Source of the DNA: a virus
Length of the DNA: 64,000 nucleotides
Strand: one strand, 5' to 3'
Virus record (IMG/VR): IMGVR_UViG_3300042914_002629
Coordinates: 6,945-70,944 of that record
Shown here: positions 48,681 to 58,357 of the stretch, in pieces
How positions within the stretch are numbered: the stretch's first letter is position 1
Layout of the letters: each line of letters opens with the position of its first letter
Made by a program: the position numbers and the translations under genes
Notes under the pieces: generated by a model
The model's input: only the letters and a program-made list of their open reading frames with translations
What the model was told of the DNA's origin: nothing
Database searches by the model: none

Positions 48681-49787
48681 ATGGGCGGCAAAAACACCAA
48701 ACGAGATGATGAAATAGCCCGGATGGGGTTTGAAAACCGGGCTGTGAAGACAGATGATGGCAAGCTGGTGCCACATCAGATATTGACCTGCTGCATCTGC
48801 GGCACGACCAAACACTATCGGTCGGATAAGATGTACGCGGCGGATTACTTGAGGCGGGCGGCGACAAAGGCCGGTTGGTCTTGGCACAAGGGCAAGCCTG
48901 TGTGTGGTGATGTCGCGAAGCACAAGGTTGCCAGCCCGCGCTGGACCGCATCGCTGGACCCGGCCACACGCCATGGCGGCCATGTGACCCTTGCCCAGAC
49001 CCCAGAGCCATGGGGCGTGCCGCCGCTGGCCGACCAGTTCATGCCGGTAGGCTCAACCCCGGCCATGCTGCCTAGCACCCCCACCGAAGCGCAGATCGAG
49101 GCGTTCGTGCGCGCCGACCATCCGCACCCCATCGGCTTCTACCCGAAGCCCGAAGCCGTGCAGGTCGACGTGGCCGGCTCCTGGAAGCCGATCCCCGGCG
49201 GCGGAAAGCGTCCCATCTCCATCGCTGGCCATGGTGGCGCGTGGCGCGGTCACCCGCACAGCCGGCACAATCCCGAATTCCGAGCCAAGGCCATCGCCGC
49301 GATCGAGCGTGGCCTATCCAACGTCGACGCGGCTATCGAGATCGGCTGTTCCGACAATGTCATCCGAGCGGTCAGGCTCGCCGAGGGATACCCCCAGGCC
49401 GACGTGATCCGAGCAAACAAATCGAAAGGGCAAACCGTGACCACCACACCGACGACATCGCCTACACCCACCTTGCCGCAGTCACCGACTCCCGTTTCGG
49501 TTTCGCCGCGCGAGATGGTTTCGATCATCGAGAAGATCGACGCGTTCTACGACATCGGCGGCAAGCGGTGGCGGGCTCCCTGGAATGACCAGAAGATCGG
49601 CGAGGCGCTGTCCCTGCCCGCGGCGAAGGTGGCCTACGTCCGTAAGGATCTTCATGGCGACCTGGCAGCAGATCCCGAGCTGGTCGCTATCCGCGCCGAG
49701 GTGGACAGCCTGCGCGAGATGCTGGGCACGCTGGAGCTGCGCCTACGCGCCGCCGAGAAGGCCAGCAGCGGAGGGAACATCCGATGA
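48681..49787 (+). CDS. hypothetical multi-domain protein (Cys motif, HTH-like segment, C-terminal domain)
   Basis: Long ORF after the promoter; CCICG; RGLSNVDAAIEIGCS HTH-like. Confidence 0.65.
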   Translation: MGGKNTKRDDEIARMGFENRAVKTDDGKLVPHQILTCCICGTTKHYRSDKMYAADYLRRAATKAGWSWHKGKPVCGDVAKHKVASPRWTASLDPATRHGGHVTLAQTPEPWGVPPLADQFMPVGSTPAMLPSTPTEAQIEAFVRADHPHPIGFYPKPEAVQVDVAGSWKPIPGGGKRPISIAGHGGAWRGHPHSRHNPEFRAKAIAAIERGLSNVDAAIEIGCSDNVIRAVRLAEGYPQADVIRANKSKGQTVTTTPTTSPTPTLPQSPTPVSVSPREMVSIIEKIDAFYDIGGKRWRAPWNDQKIGEALSLPAAKVAYVRKDLHGDLAADPELVAIRAEVDSLREMLGTLELRLRAAEKASSGGNIR

Positions 49788-50155
49788 AGCCGCTCTGGCA
49801 GCGGTTCGGCAGCACGCCCGGCGCGGTGGCCGGGTTCTTCACCATGCTGTCGTGGATCGCCGCAGCGTCCGTGGTCTGCTGCCTGATCATGCTGGTCGCC
49901 GAGCCGAGCTGGCATTGGGCCAAGTTGGCGTTCGGCGACGCGATCGACTTCCTCGCGTTCCGGCTGGCCCGCACCGGATGGCTCATGGCGCAGGGCTACA
50001 TGACGCGCTATGTCAACGCCGAGGCCGACGCCGAGAAGGCCAGGCGGGACTGGCGGATTTTCAGCGGGCGCCTCGCCGATGCAGAGCGGAAGCTGGAAGA
50101 CTGGCGCCGCTGGGCGATGGCCAACGGGGCTGAATTTGCGAAGAGGGGGAAGTGA
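49784..50155 (+). CDS. membrane protein
   Basis: Hydrophobic N-terminus; ATGA-coupled. Confidence 0.6.
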   Translation: MKPLWQRFGSTPGAVAGFFTMLSWIAAASVVCCLIMLVAEPSWHWAKLAFGDAIDFLAFRLARTGWLMAQGYMTRYVNAEADAEKARRDWRIFSGRLADAERKLEDWRRWAMANGAEFAKRGK

Positions 50156-50538
50156 CGATGGGATTGTGGGAACAGCTACCGGGGCCGCCAGACCCGCCGA
50201 AGCCGCGGTGGAGCGGTCTGGCGTGGGCTGGCGTGATGCTGGCGACAAGCACCGGCGCCGCCTATTTCGGCCACTGGTGGGAGGCGGCAGCGTGGTTTGT
50301 CGCCGCGTCCAACAGCGTGGACACCTGGCGCGCCATCGGCAAGGGGCGGAAATTCGAGTGGGCCTACCGCCGGATGGAAGCTATCTCCACCGGCCAGGGC
50401 ATCGGCTGGAAGGAAGCCATTGAGGCGCGCACCGCCGCCGAACTGGACCTAGCCACAGCCCGAGCCCGCGTCGCCGAGCTGGAAACCCTGTGCTCCATGT
50501 CGGGCATCCTGGGGAGAGTCGCCAATGACCCGCGCTGA
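50152..50538 (+). CDS. membrane protein
   Basis: Hydrophobic segment; coupled ORF. Confidence 0.55.
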   Translation: MTMGLWEQLPGPPDPPKPRWSGLAWAGVMLATSTGAAYFGHWWEAAAWFVAASNSVDTWRAIGKGRKFEWAYRRMEAISTGQGIGWKEAIEARTAAELDLATARARVAELETLCSMSGILGRVANDPR

Positions 50539-51058
50539 ACAGGCCGAACGCGACGCCAAGATCACCGAGCTGAACAACCTCGGGTGGGATGACAGCCGGA
50601 TAGCCAAGTTCCTGAACCTCGGGCACAGCCCGATCAGCGAACGCCGCAGGGGCCTCGGACTGCCCCGCCGGGACAACCAGTCGCAGAAGGGCAAGCAAGG
50701 CGCCCGCGTCGCCAGGATGCGAGAGAAGGCCAGGGAGAAGCGCCGGCTGGTCAAGAATGCCCGCGCCCTGATGGCGCAGATGGCCATGCTCGACCCCGAG
50801 GCGCTGGCCACCGAAGACCGCGACGCCATGGTCGCCCAGTTCCTCGCCTCGGGCCGCACGATCACCAAGCTGCCGCCCGCCGCCTGCGCCGAGACACAGG
50901 CCGACATTCCGCGGTCCCGCGAGCTGACCGAACACGTCAATCGCATGGCCTCGGAACCCGAGGTAAATTTCCAGACCAAACACGCCTTGGATGCGATCGA
51001 AGCCGAGCGCGCCAAGATCGCTCGCAACTCAGGACAGGGCGCCAGCCGCGCCCGGTGA
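50525..51058 (+). CDS. HTH-containing hypothetical protein
   Basis: GWDDSRIAKFLNLGHSPISERRRGLGL. Confidence 0.65.
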   Translation: MTRAEQAERDAKITELNNLGWDDSRIAKFLNLGHSPISERRRGLGLPRRDNQSQKGKQGARVARMREKAREKRRLVKNARALMAQMAMLDPEALATEDRDAMVAQFLASGRTITKLPPAACAETQADIPRSRELTEHVNRMASEPEVNFQTKHALDAIEAERAKIARNSGQGASRAR

Positions 51059-51157
51059 GGCGCCAGGGGCCTCGCGGCCTCTTCCGGCTACCCGCGTACC
51101 AAAAACCACGGAAGGGCACTCCTGCGCCTTCCTACGAAGATTGAGGGGCTATCCAAA

Positions 51158-51433
51158 ATGTCGCCGATCCCGCATTTCATCCTGGTGCAGACCAAGGTCC
51201 GCACCGCTACCGCCGCCGTGAAGGTGATCACATTCCCCGTGAACACGGCCTGCATCGTGTCGGTGCTGCCGCACCGGGACGACACGCCCGGCTGTATGCT
51301 GGTGGTCACCACCTCGCCATCCACCATCCCGATCGAGAACAGCGTGCATGACGTGATGGGTGCGCTGAACCGGCTGGGGTGCAGCATGACCCCGGTCACC
51401 ACGCGGCCCGGCGGCGAGCGCGTCGATGCCTAA
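51158..51433 (+). CDS. hypothetical protein
   Basis: GAGGGG RBS. Confidence 0.55.
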   Translation: MSPIPHFILVQTKVRTATAAVKVITFPVNTACIVSVLPHRDDTPGCMLVVTTSPSTIPIENSVHDVMGALNRLGCSMTPVTTRPGGERVDA

Positions 51434-51665
51434 CCGCCTGGTGAGGCTGCGGGCCACCGAAAACCGCGGCGGCGAAGAGTGCATGATCACCATCAACGTC
51501 GATGCCGTGGGTGGCGTGATGGACCGCCGCGGCTTCGGCTGTCTGGTGTTGGTGCAGGGCGAGCCGTTCTACTGCGACGAGAAGGCCGACAACGTCGTGT
51601 CGGTGCTGCACGCCGCGGGCTGGGGCGGCCGCGTGAGGCAAGAGAACAAGGGGGTGCCGAAGTGA
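51426..51665 (+). CDS. hypothetical protein
   Basis: Coupled ORF. Confidence 0.55.
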   Translation: MPNRLVRLRATENRGGEECMITINVDAVGGVMDRRGFGCLVLVQGEPFYCDEKADNVVSVLHAAGWGGRVRQENKGVPK

Positions 51666-52159
51666 GGGAAGAGCAGCGTTTCGTGGCCATCTTCATCACC
51701 GACGATGGCAAGGAATTCGCCGACCAGGGCGCGGCCGAGGCACATGAGGCCAGGGTGAAGCGCGACCGGGAGCGTCTGGACAACATCATGTGCTGGTCGG
51801 TCTCATGGCAGCCTGACCTGACCGAGGGACGCGGCAATCAATCCGTGTCGTGGCTGGCGATCGAGCGGCCACATGGTGGCGCCGACTTTGCCACGCTGGG
51901 GCACTGGGCGGCGTTCATCCTGTTCGGCGCGCCGCTGGCCTACGTGCAGGGCTCGGCGCCCGTGACCGCAACCCGCCTTACCACGGTCACGCGGGAAAGC
52001 TACGTCGCCGCCGTGGCCAAGGGCTACCATGCCATCTTCGTGTCTGACAGCGCAGAGGCGCCGATCGGTTTCCCCGACGATGCCTCGGGGCCTAGGGCCA
52101 GCGGCCTTCCCATCGCCCGCCTGATGGATTGGCGCTACCTCATGGCGCAGCGCCGCTGA
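51662..52159 (+). CDS. hypothetical protein
   Basis: GTGA-coupled; FITDDGKEF and PDLTEGRG motifs. Confidence 0.6.
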   Translation: MREEQRFVAIFITDDGKEFADQGAAEAHEARVKRDRERLDNIMCWSVSWQPDLTEGRGNQSVSWLAIERPHGGADFATLGHWAAFILFGAPLAYVQGSAPVTATRLTTVTRESYVAAVAKGYHAIFVSDSAEAPIGFPDDASGPRASGLPIARLMDWRYLMAQRR

Positions 52160-52755
52160 TGCCCCCGCTGATCGGCGAGAGCGGCTACATGCGCCATGAG
52201 CGGGAGTTCTACCAGACTCCCTCCTGGGTCACCCTGGCGCTGTTCAAGCATTGGATTCCGGTCTGCCCGTCGACCGTTTGGGAGCCGGCGGCGGGCGCGG
52301 GAAAGATGGTCGAGGCGCTGATGGACATGGGTTTCCCCGTGTTCGCAACGGACATCGAGCCCCAGACCACGGCGTGCGATTACGTGGACATCGGCCGGCA
52401 CAATTTCCTGACCGAGCCGACGCCGCGGGAGGTGATGGAGCATGGCGTTTCGATCATCACCAATCCACCGTTTAGCCTGGCGGACGAGTTCATCATCCGG
52501 GCGCTGGAGCTGGTCGAGGTGTGGAATGGCTCCGTCGCCTTGCTTTTGCCGAGCGATTGGGACCATGCTCCCGGTCGGGGAAAAGCCAAGGTGAGGGCCC
52601 GTCTAACGGAACATCCGATGCACGCCATGCAGATCAAACTGCGAAAGCGGATCAGGTGGATCGAGGGCACCAAGGTGCATCCCCGGAGCTGGCATTCATG
52701 GCACGTGTGGGACACGCGCCACGTCGGGCCGCAACAGGTATTTTACGCGAGCTGA
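52159..52755 (+). CDS. DNA N6-adenine methyltransferase
   Basis: FYQTP, WEPAAGAG (motif I), IITNPPF (motif IV). Confidence 0.85.
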   Translation: MPPLIGESGYMRHEREFYQTPSWVTLALFKHWIPVCPSTVWEPAAGAGKMVEALMDMGFPVFATDIEPQTTACDYVDIGRHNFLTEPTPREVMEHGVSIITNPPFSLADEFIIRALELVEVWNGSVALLLPSDWDHAPGRGKAKVRARLTEHPMHAMQIKLRKRIRWIEGTKVHPRSWHSWHVWDTRHVGPQQVFYAS

Positions 52756-52773
52756 AAGGGCAATCTATTGACC

Positions 52774-53088
52774 ATGGAAACGGCGAAAATCGTTCTCAAC
52801 CCCATCGCCACGCAATCCACGATGCACGGGCCGGACGGCACCGACATCATGAAGCTGCTGGGCATCACCAACATCACCGCCGAGGCCACCAGCGAGAGCG
52901 GGTTCACCAAGGCCGTGGTGACGCTGGAAATCCTCCAGATCGAGGTGCGCCCGCATGAGGTGCGATGGCTGGCAAAGGTCGACGGTGAGATGGCCGACCT
53001 GGCCTACCTGATCACCACCGATGGCCGGCGCGTGACCCTCGGCGGCGATGGCAGCGTGACCATCGCCAAGATCGCGGAGGAATGCTGA
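52774..53088 (+). CDS. hypothetical protein
   Basis: GAAAGGGCAA motif upstream. Confidence 0.55.
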   Translation: METAKIVLNPIATQSTMHGPDGTDIMKLLGITNITAEATSESGFTKAVVTLEILQIEVRPHEVRWLAKVDGEMADLAYLITTDGRRVTLGGDGSVTIAKIAEEC

Positions 53089-53585
53089 TGGACCCGCTGG
53101 TCTTCACCTACACGAACCACCGGGGCGAGACGGCCGTGCGCCGCGTCTACCCGGTGGGCGTGCGCTTCGGCACCACCGAATGGCACAAGACTCCGCAATG
53201 GCTGCTGAACGCCTTCTGCCTCGACAAGGGCGAGATGCGGGAATTCGCCATGGCCAGCATCGGCGCCAAGGTGCAGGCCAAGCCGGAACAGAATTCGCTG
53301 GAAGAATCCGCAGCGGACGCGGCCAAGTGGGTCGCCGAGGCCGAATACTTCCTTGACCACAACCCCTACACCATCCGGATGTGCGAGGGCGGCGGCCCGG
53401 AGGATCTTCACGGCTCCATGGCGGCCACCATCACGAAGATGGAGGGGTTGCTCAAGACCGTGGCCGTGGCCGCAGAGCGATACGACGGAGCCGATCCGGG
53501 CCAGGCCACCACCGATGGCAGGAACCTGCTGATCGCCGCAGCTCGCAACTGCAAGACGCCCCGCGGGCAGGGGGCGCAGCGATGA
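53082..53585 (+). CDS. WYL-domain protein
   Basis: FTYTNHRGETAVRRVYP...QWLLNAFCLDKGEMREFAMASI. Confidence 0.75.
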   Translation: MLMDPLVFTYTNHRGETAVRRVYPVGVRFGTTEWHKTPQWLLNAFCLDKGEMREFAMASIGAKVQAKPEQNSLEESAADAAKWVAEAEYFLDHNPYTIRMCEGGGPEDLHGSMAATITKMEGLLKTVAVAAERYDGADPGQATTDGRNLLIAAARNCKTPRGQGAQR

Positions 53586-53721
53586 AGGGCACCACCTTGA
53601 GCGCGCTGGCCTTCGTGTCCGCCGCTGGCATGGCCGTGTTCGGCGCGCTCCACGACGCGCCCTTCGGCCTCTACATGGTCGCCATGTGCCTGGCGGCCGG
53701 CGGCTGCATGGCGACGATAGC

Positions 53722-53997
53722 ATGAGGCTCGCTGTGCAGCTCACGAAGCCCCAACGGCTCATCCTCGACACCGCCGCGGCAGCGCCCGGCGGCATCGTGA
53801 TCATGGGCCAACCCGACCGAAAGGGTTGCCGCGTCGCCGGTGAGCACAACGGCCATCCGGTGATCATCGCCTACCAGTCGCCGGAATACTTCCTCCAGCA
53901 ACGCGGCCTGCTGGAGCACAGCGACGCGGCCAAGTACGCCTATCGGATCACCGCCGAGGGCCGTAAGGCGCGCACCTTCCGGAGGAAGCGGCGATGA
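53722..53997 (+). CDS. hypothetical protein (wHTH-like)
   Basis: LTKPQRLIL...YRITAEGR. Confidence 0.5.
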   Translation: MRLAVQLTKPQRLILDTAAAAPGGIVIMGQPDRKGCRVAGEHNGHPVIIAYQSPEYFLQQRGLLEHSDAAKYAYRITAEGRKARTFRRKRR

Positions 53998-54209
53998 TCA
54001 CCATCACAGCCACCGTGGATGCCGATGGGGCCTTGAGCCCCTATGAGACCTGCGTGGACATGGCCGTCGCCGCCCAGCGCCTCGGGCTCGCCATTACCGC
54101 CCCCATCAACGGCGTGCTGGTCACCGCCAGGCCGGGCGTCGAGCCCGATGAGGTGTGGCAACGCTACAAGGTCGACAAGGCCAAGCTGGGCTCTGGAGGC
54201 ACGCCATGA
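53994..54209 (+). CDS. hypothetical protein
   Basis: ATGA-coupled. Confidence 0.5.
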   Translation: MITITATVDADGALSPYETCVDMAVAAQRLGLAITAPINGVLVTARPGVEPDEVWQRYKVDKAKLGSGGTP

Positions 54210-55573
54210 GCGGCGCCAAGGGCGGCTGTCCGCGGTGCGGCTGCAACCGCTTCATGCGCGGCGCCTGCACCGGGTGCGGCTATGCGGGCGCAGACTGGCG
54301 GGACAAGCCGATCGGTGAAGTCAGCCTCCTCGCCCGAAAGGTCACTCGGCAGGCCATCTACTGGCAGGATTGGGTTTGCCTAGGCTGCGGACGCACCATC
54401 TCCCGGCCGATAGGAACCACGCAAGGGAAGTGCGAGGGCTGCGGCCACCCCGAGATGTACTGTCGAGACAGCAGCCAGCCGCGTCCCGACCAGAACATCA
54501 CGTTCGACACCTGGCAGTGCATGGCGTGCGGCACCATGCTTGCGTTCCGCAAGGGCGAGAAGCCCAACCGCTGCTCCTACTGCGACCGTGGCGGCATGTT
54601 GGGGCAGATCCAACTCCCGCTCGACATGTGGCAGTGCAAGGATTGCCGCAACCTGATCTCCAGTCCCGAAGGACTCCAGCCGGGCAAATGCTCGGTCTGC
54701 GGCCGATCGGGCCGTTTCGCCAAAGTTCCGCCACCGAAAGGGCATGACATGGACGTGAAATTCGACACCCGACTCCCGTATGGCTGGTACATAACCAACC
54801 CCGATGCGCGCACCGCGGTCATCATGACAGCCGCCAACGTCGAGGTGGCGCGTGTCAAGTTCACCCTGCCTGTGATCGGCTCGACCGAGGCCAAGGTGGA
54901 CATCGCGATCGGCGAAGCGTCCGCCGTGATCGAAGGCGAGAAGCATGGCAAATCGATACGCCACGCCATCCCCTCGGGCTTCGACGGCACGCTTGCGCCG
55001 ACCAGCCTGCGCCTGTGGAACGCCTCCCACGAAGGGCTGATGGTCGACGTGTTCGAGGATGGCAAGGTGATCCACATCCACGACTCCCCGAACCTGCGAC
55101 GGGCGCCGGCTGCGCCGACCAAGCCGGGCGTGATCCTGACCACCAACTACCCCGGCAGCTACACCGTTCAGGAGAAGCCGGACGGCTCTGTCGTGCTGGT
55201 GAGCAAGCACGGCGAGCATGTGGCGACCGCGCGGCCCTCGGCCGTTCCCGCTGGCGGCTCCGGCACGGTGACCAGCAAGACCGTGAAGGTGGGTGACGTG
55301 AGCAAGCACACCATGGAGATCGCGGTGGACGCGGCGCAGGTCAAGGCGGCGATCGGCGAGGCTATAGCCACGCTGGAGGGGAACAGCCTTGGCGACCTTG
55401 CCCTGATCATCGGCGGGGCGCTCCGGCGCGCCAGCACATTGCAGCGCAACACCAGCGGGCCGCGCGCCTATTTCGAGTGCTTCGAGCTGCTGGAAATCCC
55501 GGTCTATTGGGACGACACCTTCGAGGCGGTCTTCACGCGGTACGCCGAGGCGGTCGGCCGACAGGGGGAGTGA
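54206..55573 (+). CDS. protein with four tandem zinc-ribbon (CxxC...CxxC) units fused to an unknown domain
   Basis: CPRC/CTGC, CLGC/CEGC, CMAC/CSYC, CKDC/CSVC; GGAGG RBS. Confidence 0.7.
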   Translation: MSGAKGGCPRCGCNRFMRGACTGCGYAGADWRDKPIGEVSLLARKVTRQAIYWQDWVCLGCGRTISRPIGTTQGKCEGCGHPEMYCRDSSQPRPDQNITFDTWQCMACGTMLAFRKGEKPNRCSYCDRGGMLGQIQLPLDMWQCKDCRNLISSPEGLQPGKCSVCGRSGRFAKVPPPKGHDMDVKFDTRLPYGWYITNPDARTAVIMTAANVEVARVKFTLPVIGSTEAKVDIAIGEASAVIEGEKHGKSIRHAIPSGFDGTLAPTSLRLWNASHEGLMVDVFEDGKVIHIHDSPNLRRAPAAPTKPGVILTTNYPGSYTVQEKPDGSVVLVSKHGEHVATARPSAVPAGGSGTVTSKTVKVGDVSKHTMEIAVDAAQVKAAIGEAIATLEGNSLGDLALIIGGALRRASTLQRNTSGPRAYFECFELLEIPVYWDDTFEAVFTRYAEAVGRQGE

Positions 55574-55575
55574 GC

Positions 55576-55878
55576 ATGTCGATCTACGTGGAAGCGCGCC
55601 AGGCCATCAAAGAGGCGCTGGCGCGCAAGGGCAGAGACCCGAATGCGGACGCGCTGGATGATGCGGGCGTGGCCGTGGTTCTCACGATGCTGGTGCGCGT
55701 CGCCGAGAACATCGAGACCATGACAAATGTGGCGGTGCGCGCGGCCGGCGAGACCAAGCGCCTCGCCGACGCCATGGAGAGCCTGGCCAAGGCCATCCCA
55801 TCCGAGCTGGGGATGGAGATCGAAGATCCCGACCAGCCGCACCTCTTCGGCGGGCCTTGCGGGCACGATCACGGCTGA
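55576..55878 (+). CDS. hypothetical protein
   Basis: Last gene before the terminator. Confidence 0.6.
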   Translation: MSIYVEARQAIKEALARKGRDPNADALDDAGVAVVLTMLVRVAENIETMTNVAVRAAGETKRLADAMESLAKAIPSELGMEIEDPDQPHLFGGPCGHDHG

Positions 55879-55920
55879 TGTAGGGTTGCGATAGCGCGTC
55901 TCAAAAACGGGCTTTCCGGG

Positions 55921-55955
55921 AAAGGGTGCCTTACCGCGGTGTGGGCACCCTTTTT
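55921..55955 (+). terminator. rho-independent terminator
   Basis: AAAGGGTGCC...GGCACCC-TTTTT. Confidence 0.75.
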
Positions 55956-55964
55956 CGCATCCGG

Positions 55965-56038
55965 GCCTCTTTAGCTCAGTGGTAGAGCAGCCGGCTCCAA
56001 CCCGGCCGATCAGGGTTCGATTCCTTGGGGAGGTGCCA
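55965..56038 (+). tRNA. trnW: tRNA-Trp (CCA)
   Basis: Cloverleaf: TAGCTCAGTGGTAGAGC D-arm, GCCGG-CTCCAAC-CCGGC anticodon arm, GGTTCGATTCC T-arm, discriminator G then CCA. Confidence 0.92.
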
Positions 56039-56284
56039 TCACCGCCGCTTGGGCGTGAGCAGCAGCGCCGGCTGCGACGCGCTACCCTCCTGCACCGCGC
56101 CCATCAGCTCCAGCGCCGGGCCGACCCAGTAGGGCACGCCGTTGCCGCCCTTGCGCTCGGCCCCCCATTTGTTGACCACCTGGGGCGTCGTGCCCCACAT
56201 CGTCGCGAAGTCGACCTGGGACAGCCCGAGGCGCTTGAGTGCAGCTATGAACTGCTGGCGTGTCATGGTCAATATCGCACCCAT
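56039..56284 (-). CDS. HTH transcriptional regulator
   Basis: LKRLGLSQVDFATMWGTTPQVVNKW. Confidence 0.75.
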   Translation of the reverse strand: MGAILTMTRQQFIAALKRLGLSQVDFATMWGTTPQVVNKWGAERKGGNGVPYWVGPALELMGAVQEGSASQPALLLTPKRR

Positions 56285-56808
56285 GGGTTCTTCCCCTCGA
56301 AAGCCTGCCATCGCTCATAGCGGTACAGGGCTGTTTCCGGCCGGCGGCCGTGGTAGCTCCACGTGATCGTTCGCTCCGGCGGCTCGCCCTCGCCGGTGAG
56401 GTGGTGACGCAGGCACGCCATGGCCTCGGCGACCGACCCGCCGTTGATGGGATCGAAGGTGTAGAACGGACGGCGGTTCGGCATGTGGTCACTGAACCGC
56501 ACCGTGAAGCCCGACCACGCCCGCGGGAGCGCCGGTGCCAGGTCGCCCTCTATCGTGCAGCGCGGCAGCAGGACGCGCCCGTAGGCGCTGCTGGGCCAGT
56601 TGGATACCTCCAGCGTGGCGATGGCCCCCGAGATCGCGCGCAGCGAGCCCGGGGCATCGTAGAGGATGCGCCTGGGGGTTCGGTAGGTCGCGGCCAGCCC
56701 GAGCCCGCGTAGGGCCTCTACAAACGCGGCGGCGAGGGCAGGCAGCCCGGCGGCATAGGCAAGCCGATGATCCCACGCGGCCTGCACAGCCTCAGATATC
56801 TCGCCCAT
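56269..56808 (-). CDS. hypothetical protein
   Basis: GAAGGGCAA motif upstream; VRFSDH motif. Confidence 0.6.
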   Translation of the reverse strand: MGEISEAVQAAWDHRLAYAAGLPALAAAFVEALRGLGLAATYRTPRRILYDAPGSLRAISGAIATLEVSNWPSSAYGRVLLPRCTIEGDLAPALPRAWSGFTVRFSDHMPNRRPFYTFDPINGGSVAEAMACLRHHLTGEGEPPERTITWSYHGRRPETALYRYERWQAFEGKNPWVRY

Positions 56809-57043
56809 CGGGATTGCCCTTCCCATTGCGCTTGCGACGCAGCCGGTCTTCCTGCTGCCGCCGGTAGCGCAGCAGGTCGGCCCGGCTCTTCGGCTGATCG
56901 GGGTAGCGGCGCGTCCGCAGGATCATCCGCACCGCCCGGAGCCATGTCATCCCCTTGGCCTTGACGTAGCGTTCGGCCTGCTCCAGCACAGCCTCATCGC
57001 GTCCGCTGTACTTGAACGTGCCCTTGGGGCGGCCGGCGGTCAT
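56792..57043 (-). CDS. basic hypothetical protein
   Basis: AGRPKG AT-hook-like start; GGAG RBS. Confidence 0.55.
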   Translation of the reverse strand: MTAGRPKGTFKYSGRDEAVLEQAERYVKAKGMTWLRAVRMILRTRRYPDQPKSRADLLRYRRQQEDRLRRKRNGKGNPDGRDI

Positions 57044-57429
57044 TCCGAGCACTCCCCGCACCCGCCATCGTCGGGATGGGCACATGGCGCCTTGGGCTTC
57101 GGCTTGTCGCCATTCCAGGAGCGGGTGACCTGCCGGAGATCGCTGGTCGACATGCGCCCGTCGAGGTGGATTGCCGCTGCGGTGCGCTGCCGGAACTGCT
57201 CCTGCTCCAGGATGCGCAACAGCTCGGCCGCGCGCTCCAGCCGCACCGCGGCCAGATCATCCAGCTCGAAATGAGCCTTCCCCATCCCCTCTTTGAGACG
57301 CGCCCTGTGGCGGGCTTCCACGGCTTCCTCGATCAGCTTGGGCGCCAGGCGCTTGGCCTCGTCGCTCGGGCTCATGCGGGAGATGAAGCGCATCTCGGCC
57401 TGGGCCAGAGTTTCCTTGGTCTTGCTCAT
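57040..57429 (-). CDS. hypothetical protein
   Basis: ATGA-coupled. Confidence 0.6.
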   Translation of the reverse strand: MSKTKETLAQAEMRFISRMSPSDEAKRLAPKLIEEAVEARHRARLKEGMGKAHFELDDLAAVRLERAAELLRILEQEQFRQRTAAAIHLDGRMSTSDLRQVTRSWNGDKPKPKAPCAHPDDGGCGECSE

Positions 57430-57656
57430 GCCAAGATCCCCCTGCGGCTGCGCCTGGCCTCATTGACCCGGCGTCGGGTTTCGTTCTCCAGCGTGCGCTG
57501 GTCGGCCTCGGCGCGCAGCCACAGGGCCATGCGGTCTGCCACCTCTCGGCGCTCGCCGGTGCTGTCTTCGGCGATGCCGCCCAGCATGATGGACGCGGAC
57601 AGAATGTCTTCGATCGTGATGCGCGGCGCGCGCTCGACGCGGCGGCGGTTCACCAC
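57426..57656 (-). CDS. hypothetical protein
   Basis: GGAGG RBS; coupled. Confidence 0.55.
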   Translation of the reverse strand: MVNRRRVERAPRITIEDILSASIMLGGIAEDSTGERREVADRMALWLRAEADQRTLENETRRRVNEARRSRRGILA

Positions 57657-57874
57657 ACGGCCCTCCGGCAGACGTAGAACTGGTTGCCATGCTCGCCGAC
57701 CCGCAGGTTCATTTCGGGGTACTGCGCGTCCACGGCGGCCTGGCCCGCGGCCTTCGTCAGATCCCCGCGGGGGTGGACCACCACCATGATGTTGTCGACA
57801 ATGGCGGCGCAGGCCAGGAGCCAGTTGTGCCTGTCCGCGTGGATGTAGCTGTACTTGCTGTCGCCGATGCTCAC
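57650..57874 (-). CDS. hypothetical protein
   Basis: AACCGACGAAAGGGCAAAA before GTG. Confidence 0.6.
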   Translation of the reverse strand: MSIGDSKYSYIHADRHNWLLACAAIVDNIMVVVHPRGDLTKAAGQAAVDAQYPEMNLRVGEHGNQFYVCRRAVW

Positions 57875-57893
57875 GGTTTTGCCCTTTCGTCGG

Positions 57894-58109
57894 TTAGATC
57901 ACGCGCTCGCCCAGATCATGTGATGTGGCGAGGTAGTAGCCGTCGCCCTTCACGGCCAGGCCGCGGGTGACCAGCGTATCGAGGATGCGGATGGTGCGGC
58001 TCGGCGTCTCATAGACCCAGGTGCCGCCGCGTCGCCAGCCGCCGGCCCGGTTCAGGCGATCAAGCACGATGCGCTGAACCGGACCGAGGGGGTTGCATGG
58101 CCGGATCAT
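57894..58109 (-). CDS. hypothetical protein (wHTH-like)
   Basis: RILDTLVTRGLAVK motif. Confidence 0.55.
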   Translation of the reverse strand: MIRPCNPLGPVQRIVLDRLNRAGGWRRGGTWVYETPSRTIRILDTLVTRGLAVKGDGYYLATSHDLGERVI

Positions 58110-58333
58110 GCGGCCATGGCCTCGGGGGTGATGAAGCCGAAGCCCTGGAAATAGGCGTCGGTCTGCGTTGCCAGATCGGCCGGCGCGAAGCTGCGCGGCT
58201 CATCGGGCACATTGAGCTGGCCCTCATCATCAACCCAGGAGCCTTCCGGGACCACGATGTAGCCGATCAGGCCGAGGGGCTGGAGCCGGAAGAAGCTGGG
58301 TCCGTGGCGGGTGTTGTAGATCGCGATGCGCAT
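58106..58333 (-). CDS. hypothetical protein
   Basis: AAGGGAGGG RBS; promoter directly upstream. Confidence 0.6.
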   Translation of the reverse strand: MRIAIYNTRHGPSFFRLQPLGLIGYIVVPEGSWVDDEGQLNVPDEPRSFAPADLATQTDAYFQGFGFITPEAMAA

Positions 58334-58357
58334 GGCGCCCTCCCTTGCTGATGGTGG

